Source: Candidatus Multivorans sp. (GTDB lineage: Bacteria; Acidobacteriota; Thermoanaerobaculia; Multivoradales; Multivoraceae). From it: a DNA stretch of 64,000 bases. The position numbers and the translations under genes are program-made. The stretch covers positions 407,949 through 471,948 of the forward strand of contig OZ251997.1 in NCBI GenBank assembly GCA_965247095.1, written 5' to 3'. This document shows positions 35,901 to 45,626 of the stretch, in pieces (within the stretch, counting starts at the first letter, position 1; each line of letters opens with the position of its first letter). The notes under the pieces were generated by a model. That model was not told the DNA's origin. It searched no databases and saw nothing but the letters and a program-made list of their open reading frames with translations.

Positions 35901-36104
35901 TGATGGATTCCTCCTTCGCACCCGGTAAGGCGAAAGTAAGATACACCGTTCGGCGCCGTGAGCCAAGCGCAAACAGAGAATCAAGGGAACGCGGCACGGT
36001 CGAGGCGATTCAGGTCGGCGCCCGAGGCGTCAACCTGGCGATCACGGGCAGCCGCTACGGCCCGGGCGGAACCAGGATCCACAGCATCGACGCCGTCTAC
36101 CTGA

Positions 36105-36323
36105 TCACGGAGGTGGAGGGCCGCTGGGGCATCCGCGCGGGTTCCGGCATGTCGCCTCGGCCCTGAGCTGAACGGAGTTCCTCAGAACGCGATCCGCCGG
36201 ATTCGGTCCACGGTCGCCAAGAACGATGCTTGGCACGACCAGGCGCCGCGCCGAACGCAGGGGCGCTTCGGCTGCCGCGAGCCCCTCCGCCCAGGCCGAC
36301 AGCGCATTCGTGTCGAGAATCAC
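36105..36323 (-). pseudogene. Truncated/degenerate VapC-like PIN toxin remnant (72 aa)
   Basis: GTG 36323 overlaps antitoxin TGA (GTGA); begins VILDTNALSAW...RRLVVPSIVLGD like a PIN N-terminus but terminates after 72 aa without remaining catalytic residues. Confidence 0.4.
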
Positions 36324-36613
36324 GGGATGTCGTCGGGCTCGAGCTTCTCGAACTCGTCCTCGATCGTCTCGAGGACGGCACGGTGTTCGTCGCCGAGGTC
36401 GGCAAGTTCCCCGAATCCCGCCATCCAGGGCGGCGCCAGAGGAGCGGGCGCGGCGCGGTGCGAATCGGTATGACCCCGTGCGCTCGCCGCGTGTCGACTG
36501 AGCTGCTGTTCGACGGCGTCGGTGAAGAATCGTTTCAGCGTCATGCCGCGGACCGCGGCGAAAGCCTTCGCGCGTCGGAAGGTGGTGTCGGGAAGCTCTA
36601 TCGTCGTCTTCAT
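36320..36613 (-). CDS. Type II antitoxin (97 aa; ribbon-helix-helix/VapB-like)
   Basis: MKTTIELPDTTFRRAKAFAAVRGMTLKRFF... typical antitoxin N-terminus; start at internal ATG 36613 of the 224-aa ORF; followed by PIN-like remnant. Confidence 0.55.
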   Translation of the reverse strand: MKTTIELPDTTFRRAKAFAAVRGMTLKRFFTDAVEQQLSRHAASARGHTDSHRAAPAPLAPPWMAGFGELADLGDEHRAVLETIEDEFEKLEPDDIP

Positions 36614-36682
36614 TGACCCATATTGCCATATTTCCGGTGGCTGTCGCTCTCGATGAAGAGGAGCCAGCGCTCGCTGTAGAGT

Positions 36683-37072
36683 GTGGACATGGACAGCGCT
36701 GCATCCTCGACGAGTCCCGGTTTCGTCGTCCGCCGCGCCGAGGACGCTCCGGCAAACCAAGTCGAACTCGGCACCGCGACGACCACTCAGGTGCTCCTCG
36801 GCGCCGACGACGGCACGCCGCACTTTGCGATGCGGCGGTTCCGCATGGAGGACGGCGGGGGGATGCCGCTGCACACGAACCAGGTCGAGCACGAGCAGTA
36901 CGTGCTCCGGGGCCGGGCGAGGGTCGTGCTGGGGGAGGAGACGGTCGAGGTCGGCGCCGACGACGTACTGCTGATCCCGGCAGGCCTGCCGCACTCCTAC
37001 GAAGTGATCGAGGCGCCGTTCGAGTTCCTCTGCCTGGTGCCGAACCGGCCGGACCGGATCGATCTGGTCTAG
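36683..37072 (+). CDS. Cupin domain protein
   Basis: 129 aa; cupin motifs G..MPLHTNQVEHEQYVLRG and ...GADDVLLIPAGLPHS. Confidence 0.6.
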   Translation: MDMDSAASSTSPGFVVRRAEDAPANQVELGTATTTQVLLGADDGTPHFAMRRFRMEDGGGMPLHTNQVEHEQYVLRGRARVVLGEETVEVGADDVLLIPAGLPHSYEVIEAPFEFLCLVPNRPDRIDLV

Positions 37073-37101
37073 AGGCGCAGGTGACCGTCCGCGGCTTCGG
37101 G

Positions 37102-38487
37102 ATGCGGGCGTTCGCCGCGATTCTGCTGGCGTTCGCGGTTCCGCTTGCGGCCGCGGCCGCTGCCGACGGCGAGACCCTGTCGCCGGACCTCCGGACCCGC
37201 ACGGACGGCATCGACTGGCCGGGCTTCCTCGGACCGAACCGCGACTCGAAGTCGCCCGAGACGGGAATCCGCACCGACTGGGAGGCCGATCCGCCGCCGC
37301 TGCTCTGGCACCTCGAACTCGGGGATGGCTACGCGGCGCCCTCGGTAGCCCGGGGGCGGCTGTTCTACTTCACCCGCGTCCGCGACCGGGTGCGGCTCGT
37401 CGCGGTGCGGGCCGACAACGGCGAGGAGCTCTGGCGCTCGGAGTACCGGACGGACTACGAGGACTACTACGGCTACGACGGCGGGCCGCGTACGGCGCCC
37501 CTCGCCTCTGGCCCACGGGTCTATGCGGTGGGCGCCGACGGCTTCCTCCGCTGCCACCGGGTCGTCGACGGCGCCGTGCTGTGGGAGCGTGATGTGCACG
37601 CCGAGTACGGCGTCCAGCAGAACTTCTTCGGCGTCGCCAGCTCGCCCTGGATCGAGGACGATCTGCTGATCGTGACGGTCGGCGGAAGTCCGCCGGGTTC
37701 GCCCGGCGTTCACAGCGGTCGCTTGAAGCCCAACGGCACCGCCCTGGTCGCGTTCGACAAGCGGACGGGCGAGGAGCGCTACCGCCTCGGTAACGATCTG
37801 GCCAGCTACGCGAGCCCGGTGGTCAGGGACATCGACGGCAAGCGGCGCGGCTTCCACTTCGCTCGCTCCGGCCTGATCGTCTTCGACCCGAAGGACGGCC
37901 GGGAACTCAACGCCTTCGGTTGGCGGGCGCGCCGGCTGACCAGCGTGAACGCCGCGAACCCGCTGGTCGTCGGCGCCCGGGTGCTGCTCACGGAGTCGTA
38001 CGAGAAGGGGGCGGTCCTGCTCACGTACAACGAGGGTCCGGAAGGCGACGCCAGCGGCTTGCTACCGGTGTGGCAGGACGGCCCGCGCAACCAGGCGATC
38101 GCGGCGCACTGGAACACACCGGTCCACCACGAGGGGGTGGTCTACGTCTCGAGCGGCGAGAAGTCGCCGAGCGCGGAACTGCGAGCCGTGGATCTGTTGA
38201 CCGGCGACGTTCACTGGAGCCAGCCGCGCCTCGCGCGCACCCAGTTGCTCCACGTCGACGGCCATCTCGTGGTGCAGAGCGAGGTCGGCGATCTGCTGCT
38301 CGTCCGCGCGACCGCGGAGAGCTACCAGCAGGTCGCGCACCTGCGCCTTCAGGCGGAGATCGACGATCGGACCGTCGATCTGCTGCGCTATCCGGCCTGG
38401 GCGGCGCCGGTGCTGGCTCACGGTGTGCTCTACGTGCGCGGCTCGGACCGTCTGGCCGCCCTCGAACTCATCCCGCCGCCGGAGTAG
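37102..38487 (+). CDS. Secreted PQQ-like beta-propeller repeat protein (BamB-like fold)
   Basis: Signal peptide MRAFAAILLAFAVPLAAAAAA (alternative GTG 37081); repeated ...G.LY.....G.L.A.D..TG...W propeller blades. Confidence 0.6.
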   Translation: MRAFAAILLAFAVPLAAAAAADGETLSPDLRTRTDGIDWPGFLGPNRDSKSPETGIRTDWEADPPPLLWHLELGDGYAAPSVARGRLFYFTRVRDRVRLVAVRADNGEELWRSEYRTDYEDYYGYDGGPRTAPLASGPRVYAVGADGFLRCHRVVDGAVLWERDVHAEYGVQQNFFGVASSPWIEDDLLIVTVGGSPPGSPGVHSGRLKPNGTALVAFDKRTGEERYRLGNDLASYASPVVRDIDGKRRGFHFARSGLIVFDPKDGRELNAFGWRARRLTSVNAANPLVVGARVLLTESYEKGAVLLTYNEGPEGDASGLLPVWQDGPRNQAIAAHWNTPVHHEGVVYVSSGEKSPSAELRAVDLLTGDVHWSQPRLARTQLLHVDGHLVVQSEVGDLLLVRATAESYQQVAHLRLQAEIDDRTVDLLRYPAWAAPVLAHGVLYVRGSDRLAALELIPPPE

Positions 38488-38491
38488 AGCC

Positions 38492-41400
38492 ATGGCCCGC
38501 GGCTCGATCCTCGTTTCCTGTTCGGCGGCCCGACGGCTGGCGGCGGCCGCCGGGTGGCTGCGCAAACGCCGGCACGGCGAGGAGGAGACGCTGCTGCTTG
38601 CGGCCTCGCGCGGCGCCGCCGACGACCTGGTCCGGGGCATGTCGGAGACAGGCCGGGGGATGCTGGGCGTTCATCGCGCGTCGCTCGACCAGTGGGCGTT
38701 GCAGACCGCGGCGCTTGAGTTGGCCGCCCGTGGACTGCGGCCGGTCACGCCGCTCGGAACCGAGGCGATGGCGGCGCGGGTCGCCCGCCTTGCCGCGGCG
38801 CAAGGAGAACTGGAGCGTTTGGAGCCGGTTGCCGACCTTCCCGGTTTCGCCCGCTCCCTGGCGGGGACGATCGGTGAGCTGCGCGCGGCAGGCGTTTCGC
38901 CCGGCGACCTGCTGAAGGACCACGGAACGCGCGACCTGGGCCGGCTGGTTCACCGATTCGACGAGGAGATGACCCGTTTCGGGTTGGCGGATCCGGCGAC
39001 CGTGCTTCGCTCCGCCGTCGTGGCAGTGGACCGGGAGCAGGTCGCTGTTCCCAAGGGATCGCTGTGGCTCGATCTGCCGCTTCGAAGCGCTAGCCAGGTC
39101 GCACTCTTGCGGGCGCTCGCCGCGCGCAGCCGGGACGTGCTCGCGACCGTGGCCGCGGGCGACCACGAGACGCTGGAGTGGCTGGGGTCGCTGCTCGGCG
39201 ACGGGGCGGTGATCGATCTCGACCGGGAGGAAGCGGTCGACGCCGGGACTGCGGGCGGTCGTCGGCTGGCTCGGGTCCAGCGCTTCGTCTTTGAGACCGG
39301 AGCGGATGCGTCTTCGCCGCTTGACGGTACGCCAGGTGCGGGCGAGACGCCCGCGTTCCATCCGCGCGCCCGCGGACGGGCGCGCGGAGTGGTTCCCGGG
39401 TGGCGCGGGACCGCGCCACCCGGGTTCCCAGGCAGTGGAGCAGACGTGCCGGCCGGCTCTTCGGTCGACCTGTTCTCGGCGGCCGGCGAGGGCCAGGAGT
39501 GCGTCGAAATCGCCCGGCGCATCCAGCGCGCCGCCGCCGGGGGGCTTGCCTTCGATCGCATGGCGATCTTGCTTCGCCAGCCGGCCGCCTACCTGCCCCT
39601 GGTGGAGGACGCGCTCGGCCGCGCCGGCATCCCCGCCTACGTCACCCGGGGCACGTTGCGCCCCAATCCGGCCGGCCGCGCCTTCCTTGCCCTGCTGGCC
39701 TGCGCGGGGGAGAGACTCTCGGCAAGCCGCTTCGCCGAGTACCTGTCCCTCGGTCAGACCCCCGAACCGGCGAAGGGCGGCAGACCGCCAAAGCGCGAGG
39801 TGCCCTGGGTCGAGCCGGCGGGCGATCAACTCGTCATCAAGTCGCCGGAGCTCTCTCGAGCGCGGGCGTCTCGCCCGCATTCTGCGACCGACGGCGCCGC
39901 GGCCACCGACGCTCGCGAAACCCAGGAAGAGGCAGCGCCCGCCGGCGCGCTGCGCGTCCCCTCCCAGTGGGAGCGCTTGCTGGTCGACGCCGCCGTGGTC
40001 GGCGGCGCCGAACGCTGGCAGAAGCGGCTCGCGGGCCTTGGCGCGGAGTTCCGGCTGCAACTGCGCGAGGCCGGGGACGAGGACGAAGGCCGCAGGGCTT
40101 ACCTGGAGCGGCAGATCCGGCGCCTGGAGACGCTCCAGACGTTCGCGCTGCCCCTGATCGAGTTTCTCGACGCCCTGCCCGAGCACGCGGACTGGGGCTG
40201 GTGGCTCGAGCGTCTGCAGGAGCTGGCGACGATGGCGCTGCGCCGGCCGGAGACCGTGCTCGAGGTGCTTGCCGAGCTCCGACCGCTGGCGCAGGTCGAC
40301 GAGGTGGGCTTGGCCGAGGTGGAGCGGATTCTGGGCGAGCGCCTGCGCTTCAGCCGCAGCCGGCCGCCGAAGCGGCGGTTCGGCCGGGTCTTTGTCGGTG
40401 GCGTCGAGGAGGCGGCGGGACGGAGCTTCGAGGTCGTGTTCGTGCCGGGTCTGGCCGAGGGCGTGTTTCCGCGGCGGGCGAAGGAGGATCCGCTGCTGCT
40501 CGACGAACGTCGCCGGACGCTGCGAGAGGCGGGCTACCGGTTGACCGAGGATCTGGGGCGCACCCGGCGGGAGCAACTGCTGCTTCGCCTCGCCATCGGC
40601 GCCGCGAGTCGCTGGCTGGTCGTGTCGTATCCCCGGGTCGACCTGGTGCAGGGGCGCGCCCGGGTGCCGTCGCTGTACGCGCTCGATGTGCTGCGGGGCG
40701 CCGAGGGGCGCCTGCCGGACCTCGACGCGCTCGGCCGGCGTGCCGCGGCCGCCGGCGCCGCGGTGGTCGGCTGGCCGGCGCCGGCCGAACCCGAGGACGC
40801 GGTCGACGAGGCCGAGTTCGATCTCGCCCTGCTGCGGCCGCTCCTGGTCCCGGGCGCCCCGGTCGCGGAGCGCAGAGGACGGGCGCGCTTCCTCCTCGAG
40901 TCGAACCCGCACCTCAAGCGTGCCCTGGAGGCGCGCGGCCGGCGCTGGCGGCGACCCTGGTTCCCGGTCGACGGCCTCGTGGACGCGAGCGCCGAAGCCA
41001 GGGAAACGCTGGCCGCCCAGCGCATCGGCGCGCGCTCCTACTCGCCGACCGCGCTCCAGAACTTCGCCGCCTGCCCCTACCGCTTCTTCCTCCAGGCGGT
41101 GCTCTACCTCAGGCCCCGCGAGGAGCTGGTCCAGCTCGAGCAGATGGACCCGATGACCCGGGGCAGCATCTTCCACGAGATCCAGTTCCGCCTGTTCGGC
41201 GCCTTGGAGGCGGCGGACCTGCTGCCGGTGGCGCCGAGTTGCCTGGCGAGGGTCTTCGAACTGCTCGACGAGGTGCTCGCGCGGAGCGAACGCGACTACC
41301 GGGAGGAACTCGCGCCGCCGATCGAGCGCGTCTGGAGGGCGGAGTTCGAGGGCCTGCGGGCCGACCTGCGCGGCTGGTTGCGGCAGGTGGCGGACGAGGG

Positions 41401-41953
41401 CGGCCAGTGGAAGCCCATTCACGCCGAACTCTCCTTCGGTCTCAGGCGGTCCGGGGACCGGGATCCGCGCAGCAAGCGGGCGCCGGCGGAGGTGCTCGAC
41501 GGGGCGCTGCTGCGCGGCTCGATCGACCTCGTCGAGGAGGACGCGGGCGGTCGGCTGCGGGTGACCGACCACAAGACCGGTCGCGCCGTTCACGCCGGCG
41601 GGGGCCTGGTGATCGGCGGCGGCAAGGTGCTGCAGCCGGTGCTCTACAGCCTGGCCGCGGAGCACGTGCTCGAGCGGGACGTGGTCTCGGGGCGGCTCTT
41701 CTACTGCACCCAGCGGGGTGGCTACAGCACGGTCGCCGTGCCGCTCGACGAGCGGAGCCGCGGCGCCGCCCGCCGGCTGCTGGACGCGGTGGACGGGGCG
41801 CTGGAGGACGGTTTCCTGCCCGCGGCGCCGGCGAAGGACGAGTGCCGGTACTGCGACTACCGGCGGGTGTGCGGCCCCTACGAAGAGTTGCGGGTCCAGC
41901 GCAAGGACGCGACGCGGCTCCACGATCTGCAGGCGATTCGGAGCGAGCGGTGA
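38492..41953 (+). CDS. addB: AddB-like helicase-nuclease complex subunit B (PD-(D/E)XK nuclease with Fe-S cysteine cluster)
   Basis: C-terminal RecB-type nuclease motif IDLVEEDAGGRLRVTDHKTG and Cys cluster (FAACPYRF ... ECRYCDYRRVC); ATG 38492 after upstream stop; GTGA overlap with downstream UvrD-type subunit; contains in-frame repeat copy at 39359-39432. Confidence 0.7.
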   Translation: MARGSILVSCSAARRLAAAAGWLRKRRHGEEETLLLAASRGAADDLVRGMSETGRGMLGVHRASLDQWALQTAALELAARGLRPVTPLGTEAMAARVARLAAAQGELERLEPVADLPGFARSLAGTIGELRAAGVSPGDLLKDHGTRDLGRLVHRFDEEMTRFGLADPATVLRSAVVAVDREQVAVPKGSLWLDLPLRSASQVALLRALAARSRDVLATVAAGDHETLEWLGSLLGDGAVIDLDREEAVDAGTAGGRRLARVQRFVFETGADASSPLDGTPGAGETPAFHPRARGRARGVVPGWRGTAPPGFPGSGADVPAGSSVDLFSAAGEGQECVEIARRIQRAAAGGLAFDRMAILLRQPAAYLPLVEDALGRAGIPAYVTRGTLRPNPAGRAFLALLACAGERLSASRFAEYLSLGQTPEPAKGGRPPKREVPWVEPAGDQLVIKSPELSRARASRPHSATDGAAATDARETQEEAAPAGALRVPSQWERLLVDAAVVGGAERWQKRLAGLGAEFRLQLREAGDEDEGRRAYLERQIRRLETLQTFALPLIEFLDALPEHADWGWWLERLQELATMALRRPETVLEVLAELRPLAQVDEVGLAEVERILGERLRFSRSRPPKRRFGRVFVGGVEEAAGRSFEVVFVPGLAEGVFPRRAKEDPLLLDERRRTLREAGYRLTEDLGRTRREQLLLRLAIGAASRWLVVSYPRVDLVQGRARVPSLYALDVLRGAEGRLPDLDALGRRAAAAGAAVVGWPAPAEPEDAVDEAEFDLALLRPLLVPGAPVAERRGRARFLLESNPHLKRALEARGRRWRRPWFPVDGLVDASAEARETLAAQRIGARSYSPTALQNFAACPYRFFLQAVLYLRPREELVQLEQMDPMTRGSIFHEIQFRLFGALEAADLLPVAPSCLARVFELLDEVLARSERDYREELAPPIERVWRAEFEGLRADLRGWLRQVADEGGQWKPIHAELSFGLRRSGDRDPRSKRAPAEVLDGALLRGSIDLVEEDAGGRLRVTDHKTGRAVHAGGGLVIGGGKVLQPVLYSLAAEHVLERDVVSGRLFYCTQRGGYSTVAVPLDERSRGAARRLLDAVDGALEDGFLPAAPAKDECRYCDYRRVCGPYEELRVQRKDATRLHDLQAIRSER
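39359..39432. repeat. Family A palindromic repeat copy, in-frame inside addB
   Basis: CATCCGCGCGCCCGCGGACGGGCGCGCGGAGTGGTTCCCGGGTGGCGCGGGACCGCGCCACCCGGGTTCCCAGG; encodes ...HPRARGRARGVVPGWRGTAPPGFPG. Confidence 0.75.
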
Positions 41954-44900
41954 CCCCGATGGACAGGCACGCAGGCGCCCCGCCGCCGGCCGACGAAGCC
42001 GCCCGCCGGCGCATCCGCGAGGCGCTGGACGAGAGCCAGTTGGTGGAGGCGGCCGCCGGTACCGGCAAGACGACGGTGCTGGTGGAGCGTCTGGTGGCGA
42101 TCCTGGAGGCGGGCCGCGGCTCGGTCGACGGGCTGGCGGCGGTGACCTTCACCCGCAAGGCGGCCGGCGAACTCAAGCTCCGCCTGCGCCAGGCGCTCGA
42201 CGCCCGGCTGATCGAGTTGCGCGGCAGCGGCGCGGCCGGCAAGCGGACGGCGAACCTCGAAACCGCGATTTCCCGCCTGGAGCAGGCGGCCATCGGCACG
42301 ATTCACTCCCTCTGCGCCGACATCCTGCGCGAGCGTCCGGTCGAGGCCGGGGTCGATCCGGGGTTCGGAGAGCTGGCGGAAGACGAGGCGCCGCGCCTGT
42401 TCGCCCGCACCTTCGGACGCTGGATCGAAGAGCAGCTCGAGGCGATGCCGCAGGGCCTGAGGCGGGAACTGGCCCGCCTGACGGTGGGGCCGTGGTCGCC
42501 GCACCAGTCGGCGCTCGACCGGCTGCGCGAAGCGGCGTGGAGACTGGTCGACTGGCGCGACTTCGCGGCGCCCTGGCGGCGCCCCGAGTTCGATCGGGAG
42601 ACGGAGTTGGAGGAACTCTCGGCCGTGGTCGAGCGGCTCGGGGAACTGGTCCTCCACGGCCGGCCGGGCGACCTGCTGCGCCGGGGCCTTACGCCCGTCG
42701 TCGAGCTGTCGAACTGGATTGTCCGTACCCGGCAACTGGGTGGGGCGGGTCCCGGGCCGAATGGCGGGGATCGGGCCGACGGCCAGGAGGCGTTCCAGGA
42801 CCAGTTGGAAGCAAGGCTCGTCAAGCTGCTGCGAGACCTGAGTGGGTTCAGGAGTCCGCGCAAGGGCCGCGGCGGCTTTGCGGAGGGCGTCGCCCGGGAG
42901 CAGGTCTTCGAGCTCTGGCGCCGGCTCCTGGAGCGTCTGCGCCGTTTCGAGCAAACCGCGAATGCCGACCTTGCCGCGCTGCTGAAGGACGAACTATCCG
43001 TCGCCGTCGAACGCTACGAGCACGCCAAGCGACTGCTGGGGAAGCTCGACTTCCACGACCTGCTGATCAAGGCCCGCGACCTGCTTCGCCGCGACCGGGA
43101 GGTGCGGCGCCACCTGCAGGCGCGCTACCGGCACCTGTTCATCGACGAGTTCCAGGACACGGATCCGCTGCAGGCCGAGATCCTGCTGCTGCTCGCCGCC
43201 GACGACCCGGACCAGGACGACTGGACGCAGGTCACTCCGGCTGCCGGCAAGCTGTTCCTTGTCGGCGATCCGAAACAGTCGATCTACCGTTTCCGCCGGG
43301 CCGATGTCGTGCTCTACCAGGAGGTCAAGGAGAGGCTCGCGGAGCGCGGCGTCGAGGTCCTGCACCTTGTGACCAGTTTCCGGTCCGTGGCGCCGATCCA
43401 GCGGCTGGTCAACGCGGCCTTCGCGCCGCACATGACCGGCGACCGGACCGCCGGCAGCGCCGACTACATCCCGCTGGGCGAGCACCGGCAGGCGATCCCC
43501 GGCCAACCCCAGGTCGTCGTGCTGCCGCCGCCCAAGCCCTACGGTTACCGCAACGTCACCCAGCGGGACATCGAGGCGTGCCAGCCGTATGCGACGGTCG
43601 AGTTCGTGCGCTGGTTGATCCAGGACAGCGGTTGGAAGGTCGAGGTCCCCGATCCGGACAATCCGGGTCGCTTCATGCGGACGCCGGTGCAGCCGCGCCA
43701 CATCTGCCTGCTCTTCCGGCGCTTCCTGAGCTGGAACCAGGACACGGCCCGGGACTACGTCCGCGGCCTGGAGGCGCTGGGCATTCCGCACCTGCTGATC
43801 GGCGCCCGCTCCTTCCACGAGCGGGAGGAGGTGGAGGCGTTGCGATCGGCTTTGACGGCGGTCGAGTGGCCCGACGATCGACTCTCCGTCTACGCGACGC
43901 TCCGGGGATCCCTGTTCGCCTTCGACGACGATCTGCTCCTGCGCTTCAAGACGCGCTACGGGAACTGGCACCCCCTGTTCTCGCCGCGCAAGGCGCGGGA
44001 GTGCGGCGAGCCGCCGGAGGAGTTCGCCTCCCTCGTCGATGTCCTCGACTTCCTCGGCACGCTCCACCGGCGGCGGAACTACCGGCCGATCGTGCAGACG
44101 GTGCAGGAGATTCTGGCCAAGCCGCGCGCCCAGGCGGCGATGGCGCTGCGGCCGGCAGGCAACCAGGTGCTGGGCAACGCCCAGCGCGTGTGCGATCTGG
44201 CCCGCCGCTACGAGGTTGCCGGCGGCCGTTCGTTCCGTGGCTTCGTCGAGCAGTTGGACGAGGAGGCGGAACGGATCGGAGGCGCCCAGGCCCCGGTAGT
44301 CGAGGAGGACGCCGAGGGAGTCCGCGTGATGACGGTTCACACCGCGAAGGGACTGGAGTTCCCGGTCGTCATCCTCGCGGACATGACGGCGAAGCTCTCG
44401 CGCGGCGCCGAGCGAACCGTACGCAGTGGGGACGAGCTCTGTGCGATGAAGCTGCTTGGACTCTCGCCTCAGGAACTGCTCGACGCCTCGGAGGTCGAGG
44501 ACAAGAGGGAGGAAGCGGAAGGCATCCGGGTCGCGTACGTGGCCGCCACGCGGGCCCGGGATCTGCTCGTGGCGCCCGCGGTCGGCGACGTGAAGCGGCC
44601 GGGCTGGATCGAATGCCTCAACGACACCGTGTACCCGGGATCGGACGGTTGGCGCGGCTCGGCGCCCGCCGAGGGCTGCCCCGAGTTCGGCGACAGGTCG
44701 GTCGCCGCGCGCCCGTCGGACTACGACCGCATGCCGGAGCGGTCCGTGAGACCCGGCCGGTACCGGTTCCCGCAGGCGGCTGGAACGGACGGCGCGGCCG
44801 ACGACGCTCCGGACTACGACGTGGTCTGGTGGGATGCGGACCTTCTGAACCAGGAGCCTCCGGCCACCTACGGCCTGCTGGGCGAGGATCTCCTGGTCGA

Positions 44901-45597
44901 GGGCGGTGGCGCCGCCGCCGATGCGAGTCGCGAGCGGTTCGAACGGTGGCGTCGCCGGAACCAGGAACTGCTCGCGTCCGGCGGGCGTCCCTCGGTGCGG
45001 CCTGAAGCGGTCACCGGGCTCGACTTCGAGCCCCCCGGGCCAGTGGCCGAGGTCTTGGTCGAGGAACTGGAGCGTCGCCGAGACCGCCCGGGCGGCGTCC
45101 GGTTCGGCAGTTTGGTGCACACCGTGCTGCGGGACGCCCCTCTTGCCGGCGAGCCGGACCGGATCCTTGAGTTGGCCCGGCTGCACGGTTCCCTGCTGGC
45201 GGCTGATGCGGCGGAGATCGAGGCCGCGGTCGCGGCGGTGTCGGCCGCCCTTGCGAGCCCGGCCGCGCGCGCCGCGCGGGACTCGCCGCGGGTGCTGCGC
45301 GAGACCCCGTTCGTGTTGCCTCTACCGGCCCCGGAAGGTGGCAGCGAAGACGGTGAGGATGGCCGCGGAATCGTCGAGGGGACGGTCGACCTCGCCTACG
45401 TCGACGAGGACGGCCGCTGGATCGTCGTCGACTGGAAGACGGATCTGGGCGATCTCGACGCACCGGCCGGCGGCGGCGACCCCGGCGCCGAGGACGTCCC
45501 GCGGGGCGAGGCGTACCGCCGCCAGGTGCGCTGGTACTGCTACGCGTTGGAGCAACTGACGGGCGCGCCCGCTTCGGGGCGGCTGGTGTTGCTGTAG
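41950..45597 (+). CDS. addA: AddA-like ATP-dependent helicase/nuclease subunit A (UvrD/PcrA helicase + C-terminal RecB nuclease)
   Basis: Walker A EAAAGTGKTTVLVERL, UvrD motifs (VTFTRKAAGEL, LFIDEFQDTDPLQ, FLVGDPKQSIYRFRRAD, VMTVHTAKGLEFPVVIL), C-terminal nuclease motif VDLAYVDEDGRWIVVDWKTD; GTG 41950 overlapping addB stop (alternative ATG 41959). Confidence 0.8.
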   Translation: MTPMDRHAGAPPPADEAARRRIREALDESQLVEAAAGTGKTTVLVERLVAILEAGRGSVDGLAAVTFTRKAAGELKLRLRQALDARLIELRGSGAAGKRTANLETAISRLEQAAIGTIHSLCADILRERPVEAGVDPGFGELAEDEAPRLFARTFGRWIEEQLEAMPQGLRRELARLTVGPWSPHQSALDRLREAAWRLVDWRDFAAPWRRPEFDRETELEELSAVVERLGELVLHGRPGDLLRRGLTPVVELSNWIVRTRQLGGAGPGPNGGDRADGQEAFQDQLEARLVKLLRDLSGFRSPRKGRGGFAEGVAREQVFELWRRLLERLRRFEQTANADLAALLKDELSVAVERYEHAKRLLGKLDFHDLLIKARDLLRRDREVRRHLQARYRHLFIDEFQDTDPLQAEILLLLAADDPDQDDWTQVTPAAGKLFLVGDPKQSIYRFRRADVVLYQEVKERLAERGVEVLHLVTSFRSVAPIQRLVNAAFAPHMTGDRTAGSADYIPLGEHRQAIPGQPQVVVLPPPKPYGYRNVTQRDIEACQPYATVEFVRWLIQDSGWKVEVPDPDNPGRFMRTPVQPRHICLLFRRFLSWNQDTARDYVRGLEALGIPHLLIGARSFHEREEVEALRSALTAVEWPDDRLSVYATLRGSLFAFDDDLLLRFKTRYGNWHPLFSPRKARECGEPPEEFASLVDVLDFLGTLHRRRNYRPIVQTVQEILAKPRAQAAMALRPAGNQVLGNAQRVCDLARRYEVAGGRSFRGFVEQLDEEAERIGGAQAPVVEEDAEGVRVMTVHTAKGLEFPVVILADMTAKLSRGAERTVRSGDELCAMKLLGLSPQELLDASEVEDKREEAEGIRVAYVAATRARDLLVAPAVGDVKRPGWIECLNDTVYPGSDGWRGSAPAEGCPEFGDRSVAARPSDYDRMPERSVRPGRYRFPQAAGTDGAADDAPDYDVVWWDADLLNQEPPATYGLLGEDLLVEGGGAAADASRERFERWRRRNQELLASGGRPSVRPEAVTGLDFEPPGPVAEVLVEELERRRDRPGGVRFGSLVHTVLRDAPLAGEPDRILELARLHGSLLAADAAEIEAAVAAVSAALASPAARAARDSPRVLRETPFVLPLPAPEGGSEDGEDGRGIVEGTVDLAYVDEDGRWIVVDWKTDLGDLDAPAGGGDPGAEDVPRGEAYRRQVRWYCYALEQLTGAPASGRLVLL

Positions 45598-45626
45598 TTC
45601 GCTCGAATCCCCCCGCGCGGAGACGC

